From Christensenellales bacterium (GTDB taxonomy: Bacteria; Bacillota; Clostridia; Christensenellales; CAG-138): DNA of 64,000 nt. The notes beneath the pieces are model-generated. The model was not told the origin of the DNA. It did no database searches and saw only the letters and a program-made list of their open reading frames with translations. A program made the translations under genes and the position numbers. Below, piece by piece: positions 10,634-19,796 of the stretch (positions within the stretch are counted from its first letter, which is position 1; each line of letters begins with the position of its first letter). The DNA lies in NCBI GenBank assembly GCA_045114775.1, contig JBGULC010000044.1, positions 68,264 to 132,263 on the forward strand, in the 5' to 3' direction.

Positions 10634-10667
10634 ACGAAAAACAGCGCGGCATTGCTGCTGCGCTGTT
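10634..10667 (-). terminator. Terminator after rpmA
   Basis: AACAGCGC..GCGCTGTT stem followed by a T-run on the minus strand. Confidence 0.6.
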
Positions 10668-10680
10668 GTGCTTTTGGCTC

Positions 10681-10971
10681 TTATGCTTCGGCCTGCTCGG
10701 CGTAGACGCTGACCGTCTTCTTGCCCGCGTGACGGACCTCGAAACGGACGATGCCGTCGATCTTCGCGAACAGCGTATCATCCTTGCCGATGCCGACGTT
10801 GGTGCCGGGATGGAAGTGCGTGCCGCGCTGGCGAACGAGGATGTTGCCTGCGAGAACGAACTGACCGTCTGCACGCTTCGGTCCGAGACGCTTGGATTCG
10901 CTGTCTCTGCCGTTACGGGAAGAACCGACGCCCTTTTTATGTGCAAAAAGCTGCAGATTCATCTGAAACAT
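10681..10971 (-). CDS. rpmA: 50S ribosomal protein L27 (with Prp-cleavable N-terminal extension)
   Basis: 96 aa. The [10 protein letters not shown] pro-sequence precedes [14 protein letters not shown]. Confidence 0.97.
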   Translation of the reverse strand: MFQMNLQLFAHKKGVGSSRNGRDSESKRLGPKRADGQFVLAGNILVRQRGTHFHPGTNVGIGKDDTLFAKIDGIVRFEVRHAGKKTVSVYAEQAEA

Positions 10972-10974
10972 GAT

Positions 10975-11304
10975 CTAAACCTCCTTGTTCCGAAATTTGA
11001 GGGTCTTCGGATACGACGCCTGAATGCTCCGTAAGCCTGCGATCATCGTATTGATTACGATTCCCGCCCTTTGGATTTCATCCGCGCTCGCATCCTTACT
11101 GAGGATGCAGACCGTTTCGCCTTCTTCGATCGAAACGCCTGCCGGAATGTGACATACTTCCGTGATCCCGAGGATCGCCGTCTGCACCACGGCGGAAACC
11201 GCCGCGCACACGAGGTCCTCCCCGTACTCACCCATATTCGCGTGCCCTTTTACGGTGAATCCCACGGGATCGCCGTTGCTGCGGGTCACGGTCACGGTGA
11301 TCAT
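10975..11304 (-). CDS. prp: Ribosomal-processing cysteine protease Prp
   Basis: 109 aa between rplU and rpmA. Carries the KGHA..GEDLVCAAVSA Cys/His signature. Confidence 0.9.
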   Translation of the reverse strand: MITVTVTRSNGDPVGFTVKGHANMGEYGEDLVCAAVSAVVQTAILGITEVCHIPAGVSIEEGETVCILSKDASADEIQRAGIVINTMIAGLRSIQASYPKTLKFRNKEV

Positions 11305-11307
11305 GGA

Positions 11308-11613
11308 TCAGCCGATCGCGGTGATCTCAACCTTGGTGAAAGGCTGACGATGGCCGCGCTTCTTGCGGATGTTCTTCTTGGGCTTATACTTGAAGACGAT
11401 AACCTTCTTGCCCTTGCCGTGCTCGAGAACCTTTGCGGTTGCCTTCACGCCTTCTACGACGGGCTTGCCGACCGTAACGGCTTCGCCGTCCGCGACGAGC
11501 AGAACATCCATGGTGACTTCGGTACCGACCTCTGCGTCGAGCTTCTCAACGAGAACTTCGTCGCCGACCTGAACCTTGTACTGTTTACCACCGGTCTGAA
11601 TGATTGCGTACAT
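11308..11613 (-). CDS. rplU: 50S ribosomal protein L21
   Basis: 101 aa beginning [14 protein letters not shown]. Confidence 0.97.
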   Translation of the reverse strand: MYAIIQTGGKQYKVQVGDEVLVEKLDAEVGTEVTMDVLLVADGEAVTVGKPVVEGVKATAKVLEHGKGKKVIVFKYKPKKNIRKKRGHRQPFTKVEITAIG

Positions 11614-11737
11614 TGCTTTGTGCTTCCTCCTTCTTCCCAGACTCGCTCAAATACGGAGATGTCTCAAGGGACATACTTAAATACCGCTCCGAAGCGGCTC
11701 ACCGCATGACTATACCACAAGAATCATGGCTTGTCAA
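11614..11737 (-). promoter_or_regulatory. rplU promoter plus structured 5' leader (L21-leader-like)
   Basis: Minus strand TTGACA-17 nt-TATAGT (11732-11737 and 11709-11714). About 90-nt leader with hairpins CCGCT-TCGG-AGCGG and ATGTC-ccttga-GACAT. Confidence 0.45.
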
Positions 11738-11772
11738 CGGATATTTTCAAGATTTTTCGGACTTTTTTCGGT

Positions 11773-13284
11773 TCAGTGCAGCACGGTGCAAAGCCGCTTC
11801 GCCTCGGCGACCTTCTTGTCGGGCAGCGGACGGACCGTGTACTTTTCGGGGTGCAGGTTTTCGTTCGCACGGACGAAGAACGAAACGTTCTCGACCTCCG
11901 GGAACAGGGTCCCGTTTTTCTTGAACAGCCCCTCCATCGCTTCCTTGACGTCCGGATGCACTTCGATGTACATGCGACGGATGTTCGAGCTCTTCAGAAT
12001 CTGCAGCGTCTGCTTGCGGAGCTTGTTGAACACGGTATGCGGCGCGAGCACCTTGCCCTCGCCCTCGCAGCACGGGCAGGTGACTTTCAGCGTGTCGCCG
12101 ATGCTGCGGCCTGTCTTTTTGCGGGTGAGCTCGACGAGTCCCAGCCGCGTGAATCCGAATACATGCGAGCGCGTGTGGTCGTCGTGCATGGCGGTCTTCA
12201 GCGTCTGCAGCACAAGCTGACGGTTTGACTCCTTCTCCATGTCGATGAAGTCGATGATGACGATGCCGCCGATGTCGCGAAGTCTGAGCTGCAGCGCGAT
12301 CTCCGTCGCTGCTTCGCAGTTGGTCGCCGTGATCGTCTTTTCGAGGTTGTCCTTGCCGACGAACTTGCCGGTGTTGACGTCGATAACGGTCAGCGCCTCC
12401 GCGCGGTCGATGATCAGGTACCCGCCGCTCTTCAGCCAGACCTTGCGGGCAAGCGCCTTGTCGATCTTGCTCTCCGCCTCGCAGCGCTCGAACAGCGCTT
12501 CGCTGTCCTTGAAGAGAATACGGGCCTTGAGCTTCGGTGCCATGACGGACGCGATGCTGCACAGCTCGTTGTATGCGTTCCGGTCGTTGACGAACAGCCG
12601 GTCCACGTCGCGCATCAGAAGATCGCGCACGGTGCGGTAAAGAAGGCTCTGCTCCTCGTGCAGAAGCTTCGGCGCCTTCTGCGTCTTCGCCTTCTTCTGG
12701 ATCTCTTCATACAGGAGCTTCAGGCTGTCCAGCTCCTCCTTGAACGCGTCCTTGGTCCTCCCCTCGGACGCGGTGCGCACGATCACGCCCATGCCGTCGG
12801 GCTTGACTTCCTTGATGAGCTTTCTGAGCCTTGTGCGCTCCTCTTCCTTCTCGATGCGGCGGCTTACGCCGATGTACTCGACGGTCGGCATCAGTACGAG
12901 CGAGCGGCCCGCGAGCGTCAGATGCGTGGTGACGCGCGCGCCCTTGGTGCCGATCGGGTCCTTTGCGACCTGCACGACCACGTTCTGCCCCGGCTTCAGC
13001 ATATCGCCGATCTTGCGCGTTTCGGGGATCTTTTCGAGCTCGTCGTAGGCGTCGCCGGGCGTGAACACGTCGCCCGCGTACAGGAACGCGTTCTTTTCGA
13101 GACCGATGTCCACAAACGCCGCCTGCATGCCGGGAAGCACGTTCTGCACCTTTCCGAGGTAAATGTTGCCGACGAGGCGTTCGCTGCCCTCCTGCTCCAC
13201 GTAGAGCTCGACGGGCGTGCCGTCCTCGACGACCGCAACGCGCGTATTGAACGCGTTTGCGTCGACTAAAATTTCTTTATTCAT
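11773..13284 (-). CDS. rng: Ribonuclease E/G family endoribonuclease
   Basis: 503 aa. N-terminal S1 domain (GNIYLGKVQNVLPGMQAAFVDIG) and RNase E/G catalytic core. Located upstream of rplU, as is usual in Firmicutes. Confidence 0.9.
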   Translation of the reverse strand: MNKEILVDANAFNTRVAVVEDGTPVELYVEQEGSERLVGNIYLGKVQNVLPGMQAAFVDIGLEKNAFLYAGDVFTPGDAYDELEKIPETRKIGDMLKPGQNVVVQVAKDPIGTKGARVTTHLTLAGRSLVLMPTVEYIGVSRRIEKEEERTRLRKLIKEVKPDGMGVIVRTASEGRTKDAFKEELDSLKLLYEEIQKKAKTQKAPKLLHEEQSLLYRTVRDLLMRDVDRLFVNDRNAYNELCSIASVMAPKLKARILFKDSEALFERCEAESKIDKALARKVWLKSGGYLIIDRAEALTVIDVNTGKFVGKDNLEKTITATNCEAATEIALQLRLRDIGGIVIIDFIDMEKESNRQLVLQTLKTAMHDDHTRSHVFGFTRLGLVELTRKKTGRSIGDTLKVTCPCCEGEGKVLAPHTVFNKLRKQTLQILKSSNIRRMYIEVHPDVKEAMEGLFKKNGTLFPEVENVSFFVRANENLHPEKYTVRPLPDKKVAEAKRLCTVLH

Positions 13285-13296
13285 AAAAACCTTTCC

Positions 13297-13977
13297 TTAT
13301 CTGAGGCCCGGCAGCCGCTCGGATCCTTCAAACAGCAGCGCCGTACGGTGCGCCGTGAAGCGCCCGACGGTACCGAGCCGGGTAAACAGCGCGCGTGCGA
13401 ACGTTTCCGCGCGCAGGCCTCCGGCCGCCGTCAGCGTGCCCACGACCGCCACAACAGCGGTACGATCCGAAGCGGAGATCGCCTCGGCCTCCAAAATTTC
13501 GGGACGAATGTTCGCGGGCTTTACCCCGCTTTTCGTCTTCTTTTCCACGATCACTTCGTCGCTTTGCATGATCGCTTTGACGGCTCCGTCGAGTGCGTCG
13601 AACGCGACGGGTCCGTCGGTGTACAGGGTCACGATGTACTTTGCCGCAACGAGCATTTTCGAGAGCGTTTCAAAGCCGTCGTCCGCCGCAAACGCCGTCA
13701 CAAAGCGCATGCCGACGGGCATAAAAGGGTTCACTTGCGCGAGGAATTCCTCCGGGCTCATGTCACGGTCGAGCCCGACCTCGATCCATTCGCCCGCGCT
13801 CGTATAGCCGGTCGCAAGCGCGGTCGCGAAGGAAAGCTTCGGGTGCGGGTTGAAGCCCTTCGAGAACGCGAGCGGCAGGTTCGCGCGGCGGAACGCCCGC
13901 TGCAGCGTGCGCTGTACGTCGAGGTGCGACGTGTAACTCAGTTCTTTGGTTTTTTCAAACGCGGCAATAATCTTCAC
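13297..13977 (-). CDS. Radical-SAM-associated protein (DUF2344/TIGR03936 family)
   Basis: Likely GTG start at 13977 (VKIIAAFEKTKELSYTSHLD), overlapping the upstream radical SAM gene by 23 nt. Confidence 0.7.
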   Translation of the reverse strand: MKIIAAFEKTKELSYTSHLDVQRTLQRAFRRANLPLAFSKGFNPHPKLSFATALATGYTSAGEWIEVGLDRDMSPEEFLAQVNPFMPVGMRFVTAFAADDGFETLSKMLVAAKYIVTLYTDGPVAFDALDGAVKAIMQSDEVIVEKKTKSGVKPANIRPEILEAEAISASDRTAVVAVVGTLTAAGGLRAETFARALFTRLGTVGRFTAHRTALLFEGSERLPGLR

Positions 13978-15787
13978 AACGCTCTCCGAAACATCCGTTG
14001 CAGCCCTGTCTGCAATCCTTAGTGGTTCGTGCCTCCTGTGCTCTTGCCCATTCGCGCTTGAGATACGGGACCGTGACGAGCGCGTCGACCGTTTCCCACG
14101 GCAGCGGCTCGTCGATCTCGCGCACACGGTGCGCATACTCGTCCATCGTCAGTCCGTTTGCCGCAAACGCCTCGGCCCACGCGTCCGGCTTAAAGTGCTC
14201 CGCCCACGAGTCGAACCGGCAGCCGCGCCGGAACGCGTCGATCAGCACGGCGTTCAGGCGTCTGTCGCCGCGGGAAAACACCGCTTCGAGCACCGAAAGG
14301 ACCGATGGATGGCAATGCAGTTCCGCGCCGCGTACGCCCTTTAAGGCGGCCTTCAGAAGCTGCTGCTTCCGTACGATCTCCTCCTGCCGGTCCTGCGCGC
14401 ACCACTGGAACGCAGTCCACGGCTTCGGCACGAACGTGGACACCGAGACCGTCACGCGGAAGCCCGACCCGCGCTTGTCCTTCGGGAGCCGGTAGAAGCA
14501 GTTCGACACCTTCCGCGCAAGCTCCGCGATGCCTGTGATGTCCTCGTCCGTCTCGGTCGGAAGCCCGATCATGAAGTAAAGCTTCACGCCGCACCAGCCG
14601 GCGGTGAACGCGTCGGTCACCGCGCGCAAAAGGTCCTCCTCCGTCACGTTCTTGTTGATGACGTCGCGCATGCGCTGCGTGCCCGCTTCCGGCGCAAACG
14701 TAAGACCGCCCTTTCGGACCGTCTGCATCTTTTCAAGGTCGTCCTTCAGGATCGAGTCGATGCGCAGCGAGGGCAGCGAGACCGAGACCTTCTGCGCCGC
14801 CATGTCGTCGATGATCCGCGGCAAAAGCGCGTGCAGCTCGGAATAGTCGCCGGTCGAAAGCGAGAGCAGCGAGACCTCGTCATAGCCGGTGCAGGCGACG
14901 AGCGCCTTGGTCTGTTCGAGCAGCGTTTCCTTTCTGCGTTCGCGCACGGGTCGGTAGATATATCCCGCCTGGCAGAAGCGACAGCCGCGCGTGCATCCGC
15001 GCATGACCTCGACGGCCACGCGGTCGTGGACGATCTGAATGTGCGGTACGAGCTGACGGCCGATGTACTTTGCGTGATCGAGATCGCGGACGACCCTTCG
15101 AACGGGATGTTCCGGCGCGCGTTCGCTCAGCCGCTCCGTCCGAACATAGCGTCCGTTTTCATAGATCGGCCGATAGAGCGACGGCACGTAAACGCCTTCG
15201 ATCGCGGCAAGACGCTCGAGAAGCTCCGCCTTGGAAATTCCCTCGCGCTTTGCGGTCCGCACGCATTCGACCAGCTCCGGCTCGAGCTCCTCTCCGTCGC
15301 CCAGAAGGATCGCGTCCATGATCTCCGCAATCGGCTCCGGGTTCACGGTGCAGGGACCGCCCGCCACCAGAAGCGGCCAGTCCTCGCCTCGCTCGGCGCT
15401 CAGGAACGGGATGCCGCTTAGATCCAGCATCGTGAGCACGTTCGTATAGCACATCTCGTAAAGGAGCGAAAAGCCGACGATATCGAAGTCCGTAAGCGGA
15501 GATTTCGTTTCGAGCGTGAACAGCGGTTCATGAAGCTCGCGCAGAGCCTGCTCCATATCGGTCCACGGGGCATAAGCCCGCTCGCAGTACACGCCGTCCA
15601 TGTCGTTCAGCACGCGGTAGAGAATGCGGCTGCCGAGATGCGACATGCCGATCTCGTATACGTCCGGGAAGCACAGCGCAAAGCGGAAGTCATAGACTTC
15701 CTTGCGTTCCATATTCCATTCGCTGCCGATATAGCGCGCGGGCTTTTCGACCCTGCTCAGCAGCAGATCCATCGTCCGATCGTCCAA
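13955..15787 (-). CDS. Radical SAM protein, TIGR03960-like (B12-binding-like N-domain)
   Basis: CxxxCxxC cluster in MRGCTRGCRFCQAG and N-terminal VEKPARYIG motif. Alternative ATG start at 15772. Confidence 0.85.
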   Translation of the reverse strand: MDDRTMDLLLSRVEKPARYIGSEWNMERKEVYDFRFALCFPDVYEIGMSHLGSRILYRVLNDMDGVYCERAYAPWTDMEQALRELHEPLFTLETKSPLTDFDIVGFSLLYEMCYTNVLTMLDLSGIPFLSAERGEDWPLLVAGGPCTVNPEPIAEIMDAILLGDGEELEPELVECVRTAKREGISKAELLERLAAIEGVYVPSLYRPIYENGRYVRTERLSERAPEHPVRRVVRDLDHAKYIGRQLVPHIQIVHDRVAVEVMRGCTRGCRFCQAGYIYRPVRERRKETLLEQTKALVACTGYDEVSLLSLSTGDYSELHALLPRIIDDMAAQKVSVSLPSLRIDSILKDDLEKMQTVRKGGLTFAPEAGTQRMRDVINKNVTEEDLLRAVTDAFTAGWCGVKLYFMIGLPTETDEDITGIAELARKVSNCFYRLPKDKRGSGFRVTVSVSTFVPKPWTAFQWCAQDRQEEIVRKQQLLKAALKGVRGAELHCHPSVLSVLEAVFSRGDRRLNAVLIDAFRRGCRFDSWAEHFKPDAWAEAFAANGLTMDEYAHRVREIDEPLPWETVDALVTVPYLKREWARAQEARTTKDCRQGCNGCFGERCEDYCRV

Positions 15788-15838
15788 AACCCTTCGTTCC
15801 TTTGCGGGTACATACTTTAACTTTTAAATTATAGCACG

Positions 15839-16705
15839 TCAATCCCGTTCGGTCAATCGGAAAATCACGGTTTTCAGCGACGTTTGCAGACCGAATTTCG
15901 CCGCCGCGTCCAGAAGCGCGCTTTCGTCGAGCTCACGGACGTTTCTCTCCCCCTGCACGCGCAGGATCGTAAAGCGCCTTGCGGACAGCAGCGCCATCGC
16001 CTCCCGGACCGTCGTCTGCTCCGAAACCGCGACGATCGCGGTCCGCTGTGCCTGCCCCTTTCGGATCGCTTCCCTGCGTTCCATTACGCGTGAGACCGTT
16101 CCCGCGTCCGGCGCACGCCATTCGCGGATCGCCGACGCAATCAGAAACGGCGCGAGCGCCGGCAGCGTCCATGCGGGCGTCCCGTTGCAGATCAGATACG
16201 CGCCGAAACCGAAAATCGCCGCAGCGAATAACCCGGTCAGGATCAGCAGCGTTTTCCGCGCGGCGCGTTCGTGCAGCGTTTTCAAAAGAATCGCTTGTAA
16301 GACCCGCCCGCCGTCGAGCGGAAACGCGGGAAGCAGGTTTATAATCGCGATCGCAAGGTTCGTATACACGAGCGTATCGACCGTTTCCGAGCTTCCGAAC
16401 GCCGCAGAAATCAGCCGCAGCATACCGGAGACGGTCAGCGAGGCGAGCGGTCCCGCTGCGGCGACCGTCCATTCCCCGCCGCGCGGTTCATCGAGCTGCA
16501 TGATTGCGCCGAACGGCCAGACCGAGAGCTGTACGATCCCAAAGCCCGCGTTTTTCGCGGCGACCGCGTGCGCCGCCTCATGCACTGCAAGCGACAGCGC
16601 CGCAAGCAGCAGACGTTTCCACTCCCCGAAAACGATGCAGAGCGCGGCTGCGGGCAGGACCGAAAGCGAAACGCGTACCTGCGTCGGTCCGACGCGAAAC
16701 GTCAT
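15839..16705 (-). CDS. spoIVFB: Site-2 (M50) intramembrane metalloprotease, SpoIVFB-like
   Basis: HEAAH zinc motif within a TM segment, multiple TMs, C-terminal CBS-like domain. ATGA start/stop overlap with the upstream gene. Confidence 0.75.
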   Translation of the reverse strand: MTFRVGPTQVRVSLSVLPAAALCIVFGEWKRLLLAALSLAVHEAAHAVAAKNAGFGIVQLSVWPFGAIMQLDEPRGGEWTVAAAGPLASLTVSGMLRLISAAFGSSETVDTLVYTNLAIAIINLLPAFPLDGGRVLQAILLKTLHERAARKTLLILTGLFAAAIFGFGAYLICNGTPAWTLPALAPFLIASAIREWRAPDAGTVSRVMERREAIRKGQAQRTAIVAVSEQTTVREAMALLSARRFTILRVQGERNVRELDESALLDAAAKFGLQTSLKTVIFRLTERD

Positions 16706-17340
16706 TCGTGCCGCAGAGAAAGATCGACGTAGGTCGTCGGATCGACCGGCGCGCCTTGCTCGTAGACGCGCAGATACATGCTGTGACCGACCGTGACCGT
16801 GCCGAGCGCGTCGCCGGAACGCACGGTGTCTCCTTCTTTGACATTGACCGTATCGAGGCCGTAATAGACCGCTTCGCAGTCTGCGTCGGACTGCACACGC
16901 ACGAAATTGCCGTAGGTCGCGTCGGAGCCGACCGAATGCACCTTGCCGTCCATGCACGACGAGACCGCCGTATCGCCCGCCGTAAATCGGAGCATCCGTC
17001 CCTCAAGCATCAGCTCAATGTCGTTCGACCTGACCGGCGCCGTCCACTTCGCACCGGACGCATCGACATATTTGAGGCTGCCGGGCGCGTTTTGATCCGT
17101 TTCCCCCGTCCCGTCCGAATGCGACGAGGCTTCGACCGTCCGATCCTTCGGCGCGCCGACGCCGAACGCCCGCACGATGAACGCAAGCGCCAGAACGCCC
17201 GCGCAAAGACCGACCTTCACGGCGATCCCGTTGATATTGATCTTCGGCAGCTTCCGTTCCTGTTTGACGGCAAAATCCGATTCCTTCGTAAATCCGTCGC
17301 GGCTCCTGTCATACTGCACCTTCATTTCGTCAAGCTTCAT
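16702..17340 (-). CDS. spoIVFA: SpoIVFA-like membrane protein with degenerate M23/LytM domain
   Basis: Single TM, then a C-terminal LytM-like fold lacking the HxxxD/HxH metal ligands. Translationally coupled to spoIVFB. Confidence 0.6.
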   Translation of the reverse strand: MKLDEMKVQYDRSRDGFTKESDFAVKQERKLPKININGIAVKVGLCAGVLALAFIVRAFGVGAPKDRTVEASSHSDGTGETDQNAPGSLKYVDASGAKWTAPVRSNDIELMLEGRMLRFTAGDTAVSSCMDGKVHSVGSDATYGNFVRVQSDADCEAVYYGLDTVNVKEGDTVRSGDALGTVTVGHSMYLRVYEQGAPVDPTTYVDLSLRHE

Positions 17341-17691
17341 TCCGATTCCCCCCTTGCTGTCAAACTTTACGCAGCAAGTCCGGAAAACATGACAAAAAAG
17401 CAGGGCGCCGTGATCGGCAGCGGAACGACGGGGTCGGCAGCGGGACGACTTTGCCGGCGTCCTCTTCGGTGCGTCCAACGAATCATCAAACAGTTTTTTG
17501 TCGCAGCGCTCCTCAGATCGATACGCGAAATCAATTTTTATTCCTTACCCTTATCCGGACAAAGACGTTCGGCACCTAATGCAGAGGAACAAGCATCACA
17601 CAAATCCGTAAAATCCGGCGACATGCGCGGCGGATTTTACTCCTTGCATCTTCCGCCGCCCGCATGATCCGTCGGATCATAGGCGAAAGAT

Positions 17692-17725
17692 GAAAACCGA
17701 CCCGTTGAACTTGCTCAACGGGTCG
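17692..17725 (-). terminator. Terminator after the L,D-transpeptidase gene
   Basis: 11-bp stem CGACCCGTTGA/TCAACGGGTCG plus a T-run on the minus strand. Confidence 0.7.
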
Positions 17726-17737
17726 AAGCGAAGCGTT

Positions 17738-18760
17738 TTAGCTTTTCGGTACAGGCGGCTGCGTCGCGTGTACGTACGGCATCTCGATCACTACGTCATC
17801 GATGCGCCAGTTGTCGGTATACGGTGTATTGGCCACGGAAAGATCCGCGTTGTCCTTCCACGGCGCAAGGTGCATCTGCGCGCGGATCGCGCCCGTTTCG
17901 GCGTCGTCCTTGCTGCCCTTTCGGATCTCACAGACGGTGTCGTAACAGATATTGTAGAAGATCCAGCGCGCGTCCGGCACGGTAAGACGGATACATGCGT
18001 GCGAGGCTTTCTGTCCGTTTGCAAGCGCCTCGTAGGCTTTTTTGTCGATCGAGCTCAGATCGCGGTATTTGTTGTAGATCACCGAATGGAAATACGTGCG
18101 GCTTCTGATCAGCGACCAGTACTGCGCAGTCTCGCCGGACTTGAAGTTGCCGAAGCGCACCTTGGTCGGCTTCATCTTGAACGTGCCGGTCTGCGTCTCC
18201 GAGCCTACGCGCGTGCTGCCGGACGAACAGGGCATATAGCGCACGGGAACCGTGTATTCGCCGGTCGCGGGATCCTTTGCGTATACCAGCACAAGCTGCC
18301 AGTAAAGGTCCACGATGATCCTGTACGTGTCGGGTTTCGGATAGCCCGCGGGCATCCGGAAGGTTTGATTGCTTCTCGGATTCGATTCGTCGAAATCATC
18401 GATCGAGCCCACGAGCTCCTCAAAGCTCATATTCACAACGGGCGCATAGTAGGAAAACGGGATCTCCGTAGGCGGCGGGACCGGCGTCGGTTCCGGCGTA
18501 GGGCTCGGCGTGGGCGTCGGCGGAAGCGTCGGCAGCGTGCGCGGCGTTTCCGTAACCGCGGGACCGATCACATCCTCCACGAGCGTCGCTTCGGGCGTCT
18601 TCTGCGCAGGCGCAGCGGTCGGCTCAACGCTGACTTCGGCGACAGAGATCACGTCTTCCGTCGGCGTACGGACCGGCTGTTCCTCCGCGTTGCAGCCGAA
18701 AGCGCCGGCGGTCAGGAGAGCGATCGTAATAAAAAGCAAAATTCTTGTCGAATGTTTCAT
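17738..18760 (-). CDS. L,D-transpeptidase (YkuD-domain) lipoprotein with Pro/Thr-rich linker
   Basis: Lipobox AFGC. Catalytic motif FHS...SHACIRL (variant of SHGCIR). ATG at 18760 behind GAAGAGG. Confidence 0.75.
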   Translation of the reverse strand: MKHSTRILLFITIALLTAGAFGCNAEEQPVRTPTEDVISVAEVSVEPTAAPAQKTPEATLVEDVIGPAVTETPRTLPTLPPTPTPSPTPEPTPVPPPTEIPFSYYAPVVNMSFEELVGSIDDFDESNPRSNQTFRMPAGYPKPDTYRIIVDLYWQLVLVYAKDPATGEYTVPVRYMPCSSGSTRVGSETQTGTFKMKPTKVRFGNFKSGETAQYWSLIRSRTYFHSVIYNKYRDLSSIDKKAYEALANGQKASHACIRLTVPDARWIFYNICYDTVCEIRKGSKDDAETGAIRAQMHLAPWKDNADLSVANTPYTDNWRIDDVVIEMPYVHATQPPVPKS

Positions 18761-19011
18761 GCAATACCTCTTCAAATTACGCTACAGTTTACCATATTCT
18801 GCCCGTTTGGTAAACCCCGTATTTGCGTCATAATTGCAAAATTTCTTGGAACATTCCCTAAACAACGAAGAAGAAACAGGCATAGCTGTTGTTTTGTGAC
18901 GGATTATTTCAAAGCCGGTCAAAGAAAACGCCCTCTCCTCGAAAGGGAAGGCGTTTTAAGTACCTGCTTGCGGGAGACGCCGACCCCGGCGTACCGCATT
19001 TGGGATCCGTA

Positions 19012-19252
19012 TCATTCGTCCTCTGCATTCTCCCGATTGATCAGGATCCGAAGCATTTCCGCCCGGATCTCTTCTTCCACTGTCTCGCCGCTCGAGTATT
19101 TCTCATGCCGTCGGTTGAATTCGCGGTACGACTTGATCGTCAACAGAAGCATGAATGCCAAGAACGCTGAATCCGTTATTTTCTACATGCGCTGCGAGCG
19201 CTTCCTCCTCCGGCGTATCTCCGCAAAAGGCTTTCCTTTCTGCTTCGCTCAT
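19012..19252 (-). pseudogene. Possible frameshifted small gene (two overlapping 49- and 46-codon ORFs)
   Basis: 19103-19252 (MSEAERKAFCGDTPEEEALAAHVENNGF..) and 19012-19152 (..IKSYREFNRRHEKYSSGETVEEEIRAEMLRILINRENAEDE) overlap in different frames. Both have protein-like composition. Confidence 0.25.
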
Positions 19253-19304
19253 TGCATCGACACGACGCCGCGCTTCTTCTCTGATCTGTTCGCTGTTCAG
19301 TAAA

Positions 19305-19796
19305 TTACTCTGTCGGCACGCCCAGCCGCCGCTTCATGGTCTTTTCGACCGCGTTCAGGATGTTCTCGTAGCCCGTGCAGCGGCAAAGATGCCCGGAAAG
19401 GAGCTTTCTGAGCTCGTCGCGCGTGTAGAGTTTTTTGGTTTCGAGAATCTCAACGGCGGTCATAATGAAGCCCGGCGTGCAGAAGCCGCACTGGATCGCG
19501 CTCTCCTCCATAAACGCCTGCTGGATGTCGGAGATCTCGCCGCCCGGCCCGGTCAGGCTTTCGAGCGTGCGGATGTTCTTTCCGTCCGCCCACGCCGCGA
19601 GATAGATGCAGGAATTGAACGCCTCGCCGTCGATCAGCACGTTGCACGCGCCGCATTCGCCGACCTCGCAGCCCTTCTTGACGGAAGTCAGAGAAAAATC
19701 GTTGCGCAGAAGGTCGGTGAGCGACGCGCGCACGTCGATCATCCGCTCGACCTCCTTGCCGTTCAGCGTAAACCGGATCAGCTTATACTGTGCCAT
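19305..19796 (-). CDS. Xanthine dehydrogenase family, [2Fe-2S]-binding small subunit
   Basis: 163 aa. Plant-type cluster CEVGECGAC and second cluster QCGFCTPG...CRCTGY. Confidence 0.9.
   Translation of the reverse strand: MAQYKLIRFTLNGKEVERMIDVRASLTDLLRNDFSLTSVKKGCEVGECGACNVLIDGEAFNSCIYLAAWADGKNIRTLESLTGPGGEISDIQQAFMEESAIQCGFCTPGFIMTAVEILETKKLYTRDELRKLLSGHLCRCTGYENILNAVEKTMKRRLGVPTE

Noticed and set aside
17690-19303. 537-aa plus-strand ORF. Similar very long ORFs occur at 22028-24226 (+), 16504-17667 (+), 52039-53382 (-), 55091-56917 (-), 57749-59014 (-), 61376-62713 (-), 34922-36010 (-) and 36145-37221 (+).
   Set aside because: All lie antisense to genes with clear family motifs. They have Arg/His/Pro/Asp-rich low-complexity translations and lack RBS support. 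These are typical shadow ORFs of high-GC DNA.
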